Positions 27,083 to 39,290 of a stretch of 64,000 nt of DNA are shown here, piece after piece. The position numbers and the translations under genes are program-made. The stretch lies in NCBI GenBank assembly GCA_964016885.1, contig OZ024746.1, forward strand, positions 45,260,001 to 45,324,000, in the 5' to 3' direction. Origin of the DNA: Eledone cirrhosa (Eukaryota). The notes beneath the pieces are model-generated. The model had not been told where the DNA came from. It saw nothing but the letters and a program-made list of their open reading frames with translations, and made no database searches. Position 1 is the stretch's first letter. Every line of letters begins with the position of its first letter.

Positions 27083-27272
27083 GGGCGGGGGATTGGCAGT
27101 ATCGGTAGAGAGTCGGACGCCATGCTTTCCAGCATAGTTACGTCCCTTTACAGTCTGAGTTCAAATCCCGTCAAGGTTAACTTTGCCTTTCATCCTTACG
27201 GGGTCGATAAAATAAAGTACCAGTAATGCACTGGGTGATTGCTGGCCTTGTGCCTAAATTAGAAACAATTAT
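27083..27272 (+). mobile_element. SINE family A, full length
   Basis: All modules intact; near-identical to the 15.8-16.2 kb copies. Confidence 0.93.
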
Positions 27273-28749
27273 TTTTGTTCTTATTCAGTTCGAACGGGTC
27301 TTTACCCTAAGCCATGCTTATAGAGGATCTGTTTACTTTTATTTTCTTTAATGTTTTGCTAAATGCTTTAGTGGATTTTTGCGATGTATGCTTTGTGTGT
27401 AGTCGAATGTATATTTTTGCTGTGATTGTGTATTTTTATGTTATTACGTTTGACTATTTACATTCTGTCCGTTTTTAAGTTGCTATAAAACTTGTTCCTA
27501 ACTTGTGTAGTATGATAATCTAGTACTTTCATTTTGTTTTGAGGGTTCATTTATTGTATGTGTGATGGTTTCTGGTACGTTTTGTTTACATCTTTATGTA
27601 GTCGTATGTTTTGTCGATTGTATGACTTGTTTTGTTTTTATTGGTTTTTGGTCGGTCATTTTTTCCTTGCGTAATCGATTGTCTTCTTTTATTGTTCATA
27701 TATAATCTTTCTTTCGGTTGTTCTATCTAATTGTTCGTCCCTTTTATTATTGAATATAAATCTTTGTACATTCGCACGTTTGCTCACATCTATGTTTTCC
27801 GCACCTGATTTGTTTTCCAAAACTCATACCTTTCTATTATGGTTCTCATTTAAGATGGAACTCGTGTTGACGTGTAACACGAATGTAATGCTTAGATATA
27901 GTATTCATTGTATATATTGTTTTCATTGTGGATGTTAGCAGAATGAGGTGGGTCATTTTCGATCCACGTTAACCTCATAAACCACATGTTAATATTATTT
28001 TCGTATTGAGCTAACATTAAACCAACTCTACGAAATTCATTACATATTCTGATTTGTCCGCACGTGTTTTTGTTGCTGTTTGATTTTTTTTCCATAAACG
28101 TAATTGATCTATGTTTAAGTAGCGTTGGTTTCATTTTTAAATTTATTTTCTATTTAAAACTACATTTCATTCTGTTTGTTTACAAATCTTTGTTTCGTTT
28201 AGCTTTATTTGTATTCAGAAGTTCGATCGTTTTAATTGTTTGTATTCAAAATTTCCTTTTTGTTTTGTTTTGTTTGTTTGAAATGCTCAATTTTACTTGA
28301 TCAATAGTTTGACATCTCTTAATCAATATTTAAACACTATAATTTGTGTTTATTTTTATATTTCTAAAATTTATTATTTGAACAATATATTTAGTGCGCA
28401 ATAATTACTTGTATGTCATGAAAAATATTAGTACTTTCGTTATGTTTGGTTTATGTCTGAAAGTTTAATATTTACGCTGTATTTTCTTTGTTCCAAATAG
28501 GCACTTGGTGCTCATATTCTCATGTGTTAATCATTATTCAGACAATAGATGTTGTGTATAATAATCATTTATAACGCACAAAATGAGTATCATCTGTAAG
28601 TACATGCTTGCCAAAATCATTGCTAGTTGTGTTCGATATTTTTTTAGATTTTAGCTTTGGACTTGATAATACAATTATATCATATTTGCTTTTGTATTTA
28701 CTAATCCTACCCTCTCATATTTTCTTTGGTCCTTGTAAAATAAATTAGT

Positions 28750-29012
<263 letters not shown>

Positions 29013-29987
29013 CTGCTGTTGCTCTAGTGCCATTGTCATTATTCACAACCACTACCATTCAGTAGTCGTATTTTTCTTTCATGGTCTCATTACATTATTA
29101 AGGTGAATTGACAATATCGGTAGAGGGTTGGACGCATTTTTCGAGATCAAAACTTGTTTTCAAATTTCATTTTGTAAATCCATGTACGCTCTGCAGTCGG
29201 GTTTCTGTTTGTATATAATTCAAGATGTATAACTTGAGATCGTCCAATTGCAAAAGATTATATACTGTCCTTCCGTAATATTTCTATCGGAATACATTCG
29301 TGTTTAATATATTGGATGAAGGTTATAGCACCTGACAGAAAAGGAGCGTTGAGTTGTAGACTCTTTTAAGTATCTTTCTTGCAATGGCAATGAAAGTATT
29401 TTGTTTATACTTGCAAAAAATATTCCCATTTACCCATAACAAACATATTTCTCGATTCATAACTAATGCTTCAAGGATATGCATTTAATGAATACTGTGA
29501 AGATCCAAACCTATGTTCAGTCTCTTTTACAATCTTCGATTGGTTTCTAAGAAAGAATTCCTTTTTCAAATTTATAATGTATTATTTACAATATTTTTGT
29601 ATATTTCATATATTTCTGCAACAAAGTTATGTTGTCTTGTTTTTATAGTTGTTAAAGATATTCACTGAACAATATAGTGTTAAAATCGCTCTCCTAAACT
29701 GGATGGATGTAATTATTTTTCTACGGTCAATGTATAAATATATTTATTAAATTAATAAGCTTGACGTTGGAGGAAACAGGAGTGGGAATGTAATAGCTGT
29801 AACACTAACGTTGCTGTCTTTGTCGAGGAATTCGCTTAACAAACAAATGACATTTTCCGACAGTTTCAGGCAGAAATAATAATATAAAATGTGTAGGTTT
29901 TGTCACTGACACATCAGTAATTCCATGGTAAAATCACAGCAGTGATGCTGAAATCAGCATTGATATAACACCATAAAAACACCGGTA

Positions 29988-30024
29988 TAGAAGAAGAAGA
30001 AGAAGAAGAAGAAGAAGAAGAAGA
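29988..30024. repeat. (GAA)n microsatellite
   Basis: Direct reading. Confidence 0.95.
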
Positions 30025-30184
30025 ACTAGTAGCAAGACGATGGAATACAATGTCAATCATCACCGAGAAATGCGGCAACAGAAGTGTGAACATGCCAATT
30101 AAAAGTCCGATGTAACAAGGAAAGAAAAACAATAAAACAGCGATAACAACAAAGATACATAAACAATAAACATAAACAATCATA

Positions 30185-30390
30185 TTTATTTCTAACATTG
30201 GCACAATTCCAGCAATTTGGGGAACGGGGAAACTCAAATATATCCACCCCAATACTTGACAGGTACTTTATTTTATCGACCTCGGAATGATAAAAGGTAA
30301 AGTTGACTTCCACGAGATTTGAATTCAGGGCGTAAAGAACCGGTAAAAATGTTGATAGATATTTTTCTGACACTCTAACCACTCCCACAT
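30185..30390 (-). mobile_element. SINE family A, degenerate
   Basis: gtactttattttatcgacc...aaaggtaaagttgac...gatttgaattcag. Confidence 0.75.
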
Positions 30391-30832
30391 CAATAATAAT
30401 AATAATTTCTAATGAAAACAAAATTGTAGCCTTGTTGCCAGTGATGCAAGAACCTGGATTAAAACTTGAAGAAATGCCCCGAATGAAATCTTATATATGT
30501 ACTGTGATTATAGTGATTTAAAAAAAAAACAGAACTACATCGATCTAAAGCACAAGCGAAAAAATAACTGAACAAGTGTATGGTGTCCAATTTGGTTCCA
30601 CATAAAAAGTAAAATGTATATGTTAATCAAAGCCTTGTTTGAAAGGAGAAAGAAGGGTAAAGTTACTCTATTAACCCAAGTGCAAAGATTTATAAGATTT
30701 TTCTAAACCTGGATTGCGTGCACAAATCACCCGAAAATATGTTCAATATCCAAACTAGTTATATACTGTACGCTTACAAACTATGAAGACTATTTCTATT
30801 TACAGACTTTCATGTTTGTACAAATAGGCATC

Positions 30833-31020
30833 TGGGTTGGCAGAATTGGTAAGCAACAGACAACATTTCATTGTTTTTGCTCTATAACATTCTGAGTTCA
30901 AATCCCACCCGGTTCAATGTTATCTTTAATACTTTCAAGGTCGTTAAAATAAAGTACTATACAAGTACTGGGGTTGGTATAATCAACTTTGCCTTCACCT
31001 AAATTTGCTGCCTTTGAAAT
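30833..31020 (+). mobile_element. SINE family A, degenerate
   Basis: ttggcagaattggta, ctgagttcaaatccc, ggtcg.taaaataaagtac. Confidence 0.7.
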
Positions 31021-31789
31021 CAATATTTGTAATAATTCCGGTTTTCTTCTAGTAACTCATTGTTTATTGGACCTGATTCATTGATCAGGATATATTTTTC
31101 TTTGGTAGTCCTCCTGGGACAACAGTATTCCGTCGATTATCTTGCATCACACTTTCTGGTCTAATTTCTGTACCTCGGATTATAGTTCCCTCGTCATTAT
31201 CTGGAACTTTTCTGTTATAGGTTTATAGCATATTAGCTATTACATTTATATTACATTTATAACATTTATAATAAAATACAGAAATCGTTCATTTAGCAAA
31301 ATATTATAATGATAGTGCTAGTGTGAAGAATATAAGGTGGATGATTTGGTAGTGTCAGTGGTGTAAATGTGTTCTTTCGAGACATTGGATGTCCATTATA
31401 TGTGTTCTTTAATTCATAATAAATATAATTTTTGTAAGTTGACTATTTTATTGCAGTATGATTGCTCTGTGTGTGAGTGAGTGTGTATGTGTATTGTGCA
31501 ACGTGTGTAGTGTACGATAGTGTTATATTTAGGATGAGGTCTGTGTTTAGCAGTGATATGATTTCGGATTATATCTTGATTTCTCATTTTTATATATCTT
31601 ATCTCTCAGAGTACGCCAAATATTATTGGTACTCTTTTTATATCCATACTCTATACAATGGCTATTGCCATATGAAGATCCTTATGCCTTACTGTTTATC
31701 CAATTAATGGTATAGTCAGAAAGGATCGATGCGCCTATACAAGTACAGACATTGTCGATCACTTCCTTGATAAATATATCGAAACGCTA

Positions 31790-32520
31790 TACGATTTAAT
31801 CTAGATGGTTCTCTCCTCTTTGTTGTTATGCAAAATGATGTTTTATATGGTTATATCATTTCTTATCTGTTTCCACGTGATCATTTTGGCATATTTCCCG
31901 TTGTACAGAGTGGCCGATTTCATCGTTCCTACTGCTATACTCCAAGTTTGCAAGAATTGACACTCAGAAATTATATGGTTAAGTGTCTTATTGTTTTGTT
32001 TCGATAATCTGCGTAAAATGATACATTTCTGTTTCAATTTTTTTCTTCATATGCGGTTTGACATTCATCCTGTGCAAGTAGTTTTAGACCTCATGCTTTA
32101 TGCAGAAGGGTAGTCAACTTCTTTCGATTCCAGTTCCTCTCTGTGTTGATGTAGAATTTTACTGATTTTTTTCTTAATATATTTCAGGACATCACTTTAA
32201 TCTGGTGCGTCTTGTTACCGATTCAAATGTTCTGTCATTATATAAATCTTTTTTTCTTTTGAGTATTTAGCTTCTGGTCCGTGGTCTATTGCATCGTGAT
32301 ATAGAGATTTCATATTTTTCTTCTTCTTGCTTTATTATACAAACAGATTAATACTCTCTTCTTCTAAGTAGTTATATATTCCCTTTGTGGTTATTTAATA
32401 GTTGTTTTCTATTTAAATCTTGTTAAACCTCGGTATACGGGGTGGGTTATAGATTCAGAAATCCTTTAGTAGTGTCCTAGCTCTCCGGTCTAAGCCCTTC
32501 AATTCAAATGTATTAGTATA
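31790..32520 (-). mobile_element. R4/Dong-like RLE relic
   Basis: TLNHIISEC then EYSSRNDEIGHSVQREIC (cf. HIISEC..EY..RHD..G..IHWE.C). Confidence 0.6.
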
Positions 32521-32636
32521 TAGATGTTTGAGGAGGCATATGTAAGTAGCTCGAGACATGATCACTGTATGGATCTGGCTGATTCTACGGCTGCAGCTTC
32601 CTTCCGACACGGATAGTTCGTTCGGAGCAAATTTTC

Positions 32637-32648
32637 TTCTGGACTAAT

Positions 32649-32683
<35 letters not shown>

Positions 32684-32700
32684 CATACATTAGTCCAGAA
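32637..32700. repeat. Inverted repeat around a (TA)n core
   Basis: TTCTGGACTAATGTATGT ... (TA)n ... ACATACATTAGTCCAGAA. Confidence 0.9.
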
Positions 32701-34422
32701 ATAGCCGTCGAAACGGCTTGAGCTCTGCCGTCGGGGTCATACATTTCCATATATATGTGTATGTATGTGTGTGTGTGTGTGTGTATGTGTGTGTGTCTGT
32801 GTGTATACATATATATATATATATATGTGTGTGTGTATGTGTATGTGTATTCTTATTTATATATATATATATATTATTGTATATCTAACATTCATTTCAG
32901 TTTTCATTAGTAGTTTGACATCTGTAATATTTCTTCTAATTTTATTTTGCATTCATTTATGTCATAACTTATCGGTTTCATCTAAATCGAAGTATTTACA
33001 TGGGTGGCTCTACCTTAGCTCTTTGATTTCGGTGTCTGTATCTCATATAATGTTCTCGGTTTTAATTACTTTGCTTTGCGTTGGTGCATTCAACTAGTTC
33101 CATAATCATTTTTATATCTTGATTTCGTTTATGAACAATTTTTATTAGATGTCAATTGGTTAATATTAATGGTTTTAAGCCATGCATATAAATGTGATCG
33201 TTTATAGTTTGCTTGTACCATTTATACCCATTTATGGTTCCAAATGTTTGGCCAGAGCTAGGAATAAGATTGAAGATGAAGAATCTCCTTCAAATATTTG
33301 TCATATTATGGAGAATGGGTTAGTTTTAACCTTCTTGCCGTTGCCTTAGCTTAAAAGAAACACTACAGAACTTTTTTATTTATTCCATTTTGTACATATA
33401 AACCCAATTTATGTAATATATATATAATAAATATGAAATATTCAAAAGAAACAAATCAGTAGAAATCGATCAAAGGAATTGAAAGTAGCATTGCAAAAGA
33501 CTATAAATGAGGGAGAAAGGAGGGGAATGATAAGGATTATTAAGCATCGAAAAAAAGGGAGAAGAGGAGAGGGTGATAAACACTAACCTAAGTCAGGGTG
33601 ATGTTCCGGATGTATCCCGCATATTAAATGGCAAAGCTATTGGCACGGACAATGGCCAGTGACAAGTGCTGCAACAGCCTCACCAACTAGCGGGCTCCTT
33701 CCTGAGACGGGCTGTTGTCATTCCGATTTTACGGAGGATGTCAGTTCTACGGAGTCTGAGGTAGGCTGAGGTTTCGACGGTGACCGGTGAAAAGTGGAAG
33801 CGGCTGGACAAGCTCCAGTGTTTTCTTATCTTCCTATCAGCATGAAGGTAGACCTGGGATTGTTTTTCTCCCAATTACGTCGAACTTTGTATACCGGGGA
33901 ACATAGAGACCTTTGTCGGACCAGTCGGTCAGAGATAACTTCAGTTCTTGAGCCTCGTCAGGTCTTGCTGAGGACCTCACCGATGAGGCTGCGACTGGAG
34001 GAGATCAAGGTGAGTTAGGTCGGTAATTTCAGATCCGATGAAGATCGGAGGTCGAGGCCACTGAAGAGTTTTATTGTGACCTGGCATGTTTACTGTACTC
34101 TGTTAGTATTAAAGCTGCTGTATTTATGTAAAGTATTTCCAGTGATATTGTTTTACGGATATAAGATTGCTTACAATTTCTTTGTAGGTATATAATTTTA
34201 ACCAGCTTCACTTAGGCCTGTGGTAATATCATTTATCATCCGGTTCACAGAATTTGTGCCTGTTTTAAGAGCATCGGAAAAGGCACTTCCATTTTCCTTG
34301 GGTATGACCAGAAGGTTTTTTTTTGTTTCAGAACTACATCTGTTTTACTTTGTTGTTTGTGACTTTTGCTGTTTTTGTTTTTTTCTGGTGTTATATGTTT
34401 AGTAGAATATGTTAGTTGCGTT

Positions 34423-34624
34423 ATTTCATTTGGCAGGGCTTTTGTAAACTATATGTTGTGTAATTAATTGTTTCTACTGTTGGCACAAGGCCAGCAATTA
34501 TCCCAGGGTATTACTGATAAAATAAAGTATCAGTAATACACTGGGATAATTGCTGGCCTTGTGCCAAAAGTAGAAACAATTAATTACACAACATATAGTT
34601 TACAAAAATTCTGCCAAATAAAAT
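34423..34624. repeat. ~97-bp-arm fold-back of a SINE 3' end plus flank
   Basis: Arms 34423-34519 and 34528-34624, 8-nt loop, few mismatches. Confidence 0.93.
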
Positions 34625-34989
34625 GTTATTGCTTTTAACGTCATGTGGCAGTGATTGTGGTGTGTGCTCTGTGAGCTGGGTTATGTTAATAGCTGGTAGC
34701 TGGGTAGAATGTATGTTATATGAGTTATTGGTGTTATAGTGTCACGTATAAATTATGTAACGTTACGTTTTGAATTATTTTATTGTGTAGTGAGTACATA
34801 GAGTATATTTTGCGTTATATAGTTTAGTGGTGATTTTTGTAGAGAATGTAATATGTCATTTAAGCTGTTATATCGGGTGGTAATTGCATAGGGTATATGT
34901 TACGTACTGAGTTTGTCCTATTGAACTGAAAATACCTTTCGTAAAATGAGTACTGTCCTTAGCAGGGCTATATTTCGGAGTGAGTCCTG

Positions 34990-35400
34990 GTATAAACACA
35001 TTTAAAAATATTTGTTATTGTCCTATATCATACCTGGTGCTCCAACTATTATTGATGCTGTTTTAATCTCCATGTACAACATCCTGTTTTTTCAATTCCC
35101 AGATATCTTTACTTTGATAGTTTTTCCACCCCTTTCTGGGTAATGTTTTAGTCATAATAAATGTCTATGAGAGTACAGACATTTCCCTTTCAGTATATAT
35201 TAATTATGAATTATTTGCTCTCTGGAGAACTATTCTACGTCTCCCAGATCATTGTGGCAAGATGACAGTACCAGTTTTGTCACATTTTTATACAACTTAT
35301 CTATTTTCTCGACAATATTTCAAAGTGCTGTAGTACTCAGTCGGAATATATGCACAAATGATTGGGCGTATAAATATCTTTGAACATAGGAAAAGTTAAA
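34990..35400 (-). mobile_element. R4/Dong-like RLE C-terminal relic
   Basis: RMLYMEIKTASIIVGAPGMI (cf. RMW..KT..IPVIVGALGMI) and an upstream decayed WY.H motif. Confidence 0.55.
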
Positions 35401-36001
35401 AACCGGAAATATTGTGGTTACTTCTCTCTTATTGTTTGCATAGACTTATTTTGATGTTAACATATTTTTCCCCTTTCGTTCTATATTTGTATCATGGCTG
35501 GTTCCCATTCTCTCTAGCCTACGTTTGAATATTTTGAATTCTGTTTTGATTTTGTCTTTCGTTTTTACTTTGAGTTTTTCTGTTTGTTAGACCCTCGTCT
35601 AATTATGTTGCTTCCTTGTACTTAGTTTCCATTTGTATTTTATTATCGCCTATATAGAGAGAGAGACACCATATTTATTTGCATCATATTTCCTTATCAC
35701 ACTAATCTTCACTTATTACAAATGTCCGCTTGTTTGTTTGCATTTTTCTACTCGATACTTCGTAGTAATTTTCTCTTTGTATCAGACTTTGTTTTCTGTG
35801 TGTAAAGATGAGATATTTTCTGTCACTGACTCCTTTAGTGCTTTAGTGCTTCGATACCTGTTAGTGTAATGATTTCTTGGTTATTCTTTTTAAGCGCTTC
35901 AATATTTTAAACTTCCAGCATATTTTGTGAAAGCTCTTGATTATACGTAGAATAAAGTGTATCTTCATCCGTATTATATTATTTCTATGTTGGTTGTTGT
36001 T

Positions 36002-36385
36002 CATCTTCTTCTTCTTCTACTTGTGATTGTAGTGGTGACAGAATCATCAAGTACGTCTTCCACTAGATCTTGTCAGAAGTAACTGTCTCCAATTGATCCG
36101 GTTGGATCCCCAAGTGACACCAGCCGCGTTGAACATGATCAAACTATCATTGGTCTTCTGACGGTTCGTTTTGTCCGTAAAATCTGTCCACCAATTATTT
36201 TCATAGACATACTAACCGCAGGCCTGTAATACCGGAGCTGTAATCTCTCAGTTCGGAGAGAAATAGCGGCTCTTCATGGAGCAACTCTCTCATGTCCAAG
36301 GTACACACTCTATCGAGTAACATTACTCCAAAGACCCTTAGGAGAAACCCAATATCCGCCGCTTGTTGTCGCGGTCGTAAATGGA
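36002..36385 (-). mobile_element. Degenerate RTE-like LINE 3' end with (GAA)n tail
   Basis: FLLRVFGVMLLDRV, ERLQLRYY, LGIQPDQLETVTSDK..W, then gaagaagaag. Confidence 0.6.
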
Positions 36386-36739
36386 TTTAAGATTGATCGG
36401 GTGAATGAAGTAATGGAGCCTGGGTGGAGAGAAGTGAAAGATTCTCAAACGAAATTAAACGAATATATCTTGGAAAGACTGTCGTGATGGGACTATATAA
36501 ATTTACGTAAGGTATGCCCATGTTGCAAAAAAAAGCAAATGAGTTTTTGTTAAAATCGATTGTATACAATACGATAAAAGACAAGATATCTTTTTTCTCA
36601 TTGATTTATTTTATCATATATCAATATTTAAATTGATAATGGAAGAGGCTAGAGTATGAGGCTATCAACCTTTCCTCCATTAATCAACATTGCTGCAGAA
36701 ATAACGAACGTCACCCAATGCTTCAGTGTGAGCAAAATG

Positions 36740-37075
36740 AACAAAACAAGGACAACCAGTAATGATATATGGATGTAAAAACTGGACAAACGCAAACAAG
36801 ATAAAAGGAAAATTGATGCATTACAAATGGTAGGCTGAATAAGCTTATTCAGAAAATCATGAACAGAAAAATAATAAAATAGATAAATACTGCAGCGAGT
36901 GAAACCTGACAATACTTTGGAAACATATATTGTCAAACAAAGATTAAAATTCTTTGGCCATGATATGAAAGCGGGTGGCATTGAGCAGAATATAGTTTTA
37001 AGAATAATTGAATATTTGAGACAAAGGAGATAACTGTATATGAGGCTGAAAGATGGGTTGACAGAGTCAAATTAA
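36740..37075 (+). mobile_element. Degenerate RTE (BovB-like) fragment
   Basis: PVMIYGC..WT, DKRKIDAL, ILQRVKPDNTLETYIVKQRLKFFGH. Confidence 0.7.
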
Positions 37076-38267
37076 TCAGATGAATTTCAGACTAAAAATG
37101 TTGTAAAATACTGAAAAATAATCCTGTTTGCTCTCCAGTGAATTTGCTAATGGTTAGATACTAGAATTGAAAATGGCTTGCCTGCATAGACTTGCTCTTA
37201 TACATGTGTAGACCGGTTGCACATTTGGGAGAGGGCTATTGACACTGGGTGACTGTGCACATATTTAGAGGTGTCCGTTCATCCTTTCATTCTTTCTGTA
37301 GTTTGTTCTTTTCTATGTCTGTTTTATTTTTGGTTTATTTGTATGTTTCTTTGAGTAATCTATTTTGGTAATTTGTCCTTGAGATTGTACCCTCAATTGT
37401 CACCTATATAACATATGAAAGCTTTGCAGGATCTTTAAACTGGCGGACAAAATGTCTCGCGGTATTTAGATACAAATCTATATATTTTTAAATTCAAATT
37501 TGAAACGTCAACTTTTCTTTCATACTTCTAGGGTCGATTAAATAAAGTGTCATTCAAGCACTAGACATAGACTTCATTGAATAATTGTCCCTTCCAAATT
37601 TCTAGCCTTATACTTAACTAAGAAATTAATATTATCATGGTTTCAATATTTTTATGTGAGGAGGATCTGCTGCCCATCTCTCAATCAGCATCGTCAACGC
37701 CCTCATCATCGTCATCATTGTTTTTAATATCTTCTGAATCGATAAAGCAAATCTAAGTCAGGGTAGGATATGATTGCCTTCACCGCCACAGCAAGCGAAA
37801 AGAAATACGAAAATATGACCTTGTGTTTATATTAGAAATCATCGATATTATATAATAACCAAGGTGGTGGGTGGTAGAATCGGCTGAGCAACGGATAAGA
37901 TGTCGACTTTTCGTTTCATTTTCCTGAAATCGATAAAATACATACCGTTTCAAGTGGTGGAATCGATTAAAATCGATTGCCAACGTTAGAAATGATTTAT
38001 ATCGATATTAGAAATGATTAACATTAGCATTAATTAAGGTAGTAGAGTCGCAAAGATGGTAAATTGGTAAACTCTATGTATTGAAGTGTTCAATATCGAA
38101 AACAACCCCCCTATATATTTGTATTTAAATTCTGCTGGTTTTGAATTTTTTTTTTAATTCTTCCATGTTGATAATGTACCATTTAAGAGCTGAAGGCGAT
38201 TCAAACATTTCTCATTCCATATAAACACGCCCTTGTGATATTGTATGGAATCATCAGTATCATTTAA

Positions 38268-38268
38268 T

Positions 38269-38307
<39 letters not shown>

Positions 38308-38386
38308 ACGGTTAATATTTCATTATTAACAATATCAACATTAGCATCCCTCTCTCCTTCCTTCATTTCCAAGTCGTCTTCACCAC

Positions 38387-38427
<41 letters not shown>

Positions 38428-38475
38428 GAAGAAGAAGAAGAAGAAGAAGAAGAAGAAGAAGAAGAAGAAGAAGAA

Positions 38476-38533
<58 letters not shown>

Positions 38534-38545
38534 TTGATGATGAAT
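38268..38545. repeat. (TAG)n and (CAT)n(GAA)n(GAT)n microsatellites
   Basis: Direct reading. Confidence 0.95.
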
Positions 38546-39159
38546 CGTCGTCGATAGTGGCGGTGGAGTGGTCGTTTTGGCTCGTGTTTCAATTCAAGTC
38601 GGCGTTTTATTTTCCTATTAAATGAAAATTATATAATAAATAGAAAGAAAATCCAGAAAATAATTAAAATTTCTAAATAGTGAAAACATAATTATCCCAC
38701 CACATTTACTCCACCAACCACTGCAACAATAATATCGACAATAGCAAAAATAACACCTACATATTTTTCATAAACTGTATACTTTTATAATGATTTTGTT
38801 TGTTTTGTTGTTTTGTTTTTGCTATCTGATTAGTCATTTCCAAGTTATTCTTTTTCAATCAAATTTTGTATTTTTTACTCTTCCTCAAAAATTATATTTT
38901 CTAAAAATGATATTTGAATTACAATTTTACTGTTTATTATTCTTTTCATTTGTGGGGAGGCTCAGTGCTCAGGATTACATTCGTAATCCTTTTCAGACTG
39001 TTGAGAATGATGTGATTGAGACTCTAGGTCTATTATTGGCCAGGAAAATGTTGGTCTTGAAGTATTTCTGTAACAAATTGTTAAGCAAAGCACTTATGAA
39101 GAAAATAACATTGGTATCCCAGAGATAGGGATGGTTATAGTAACAGTTGAATATAATAA

Positions 39160-39290
39160 GAGACAGAGTCGTTAGAAGGTCGGATAAAGTGCTTTTCGGT
39201 TTTCGTTCCGGTTCTCTGAGTTCAGATCCTGCCGAGGTCAACGTTGTCGTTCATCTTTTCGAGGTCGATAAAGAAAGTAACAGCCTAGAA
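39160..39290 (+). mobile_element. SINE family A, degenerate
   Basis: ctgagttcagatcctgccgaggtcaac...ttcatc.tttcgaggtcgataaa. Confidence 0.75.

Noticed and set aside
27083-27175. tRNA gene-like A/B boxes (also in other copies)
   Set aside because: SINE heads; no cloverleaf, and always followed by the SINE body.
32600-34075. Hammerhead ribozyme / Penelope-type motif (cagaaga, cgaaac, ctgaagag)
   Set aside because: No CUGANGA and GAAA pair with the required three stems could be assembled.
38245-38625. Acidic S/E/D-rich 126 aa ORF
   Set aside because: Pure triplet repeats with no codon variation or splice context.
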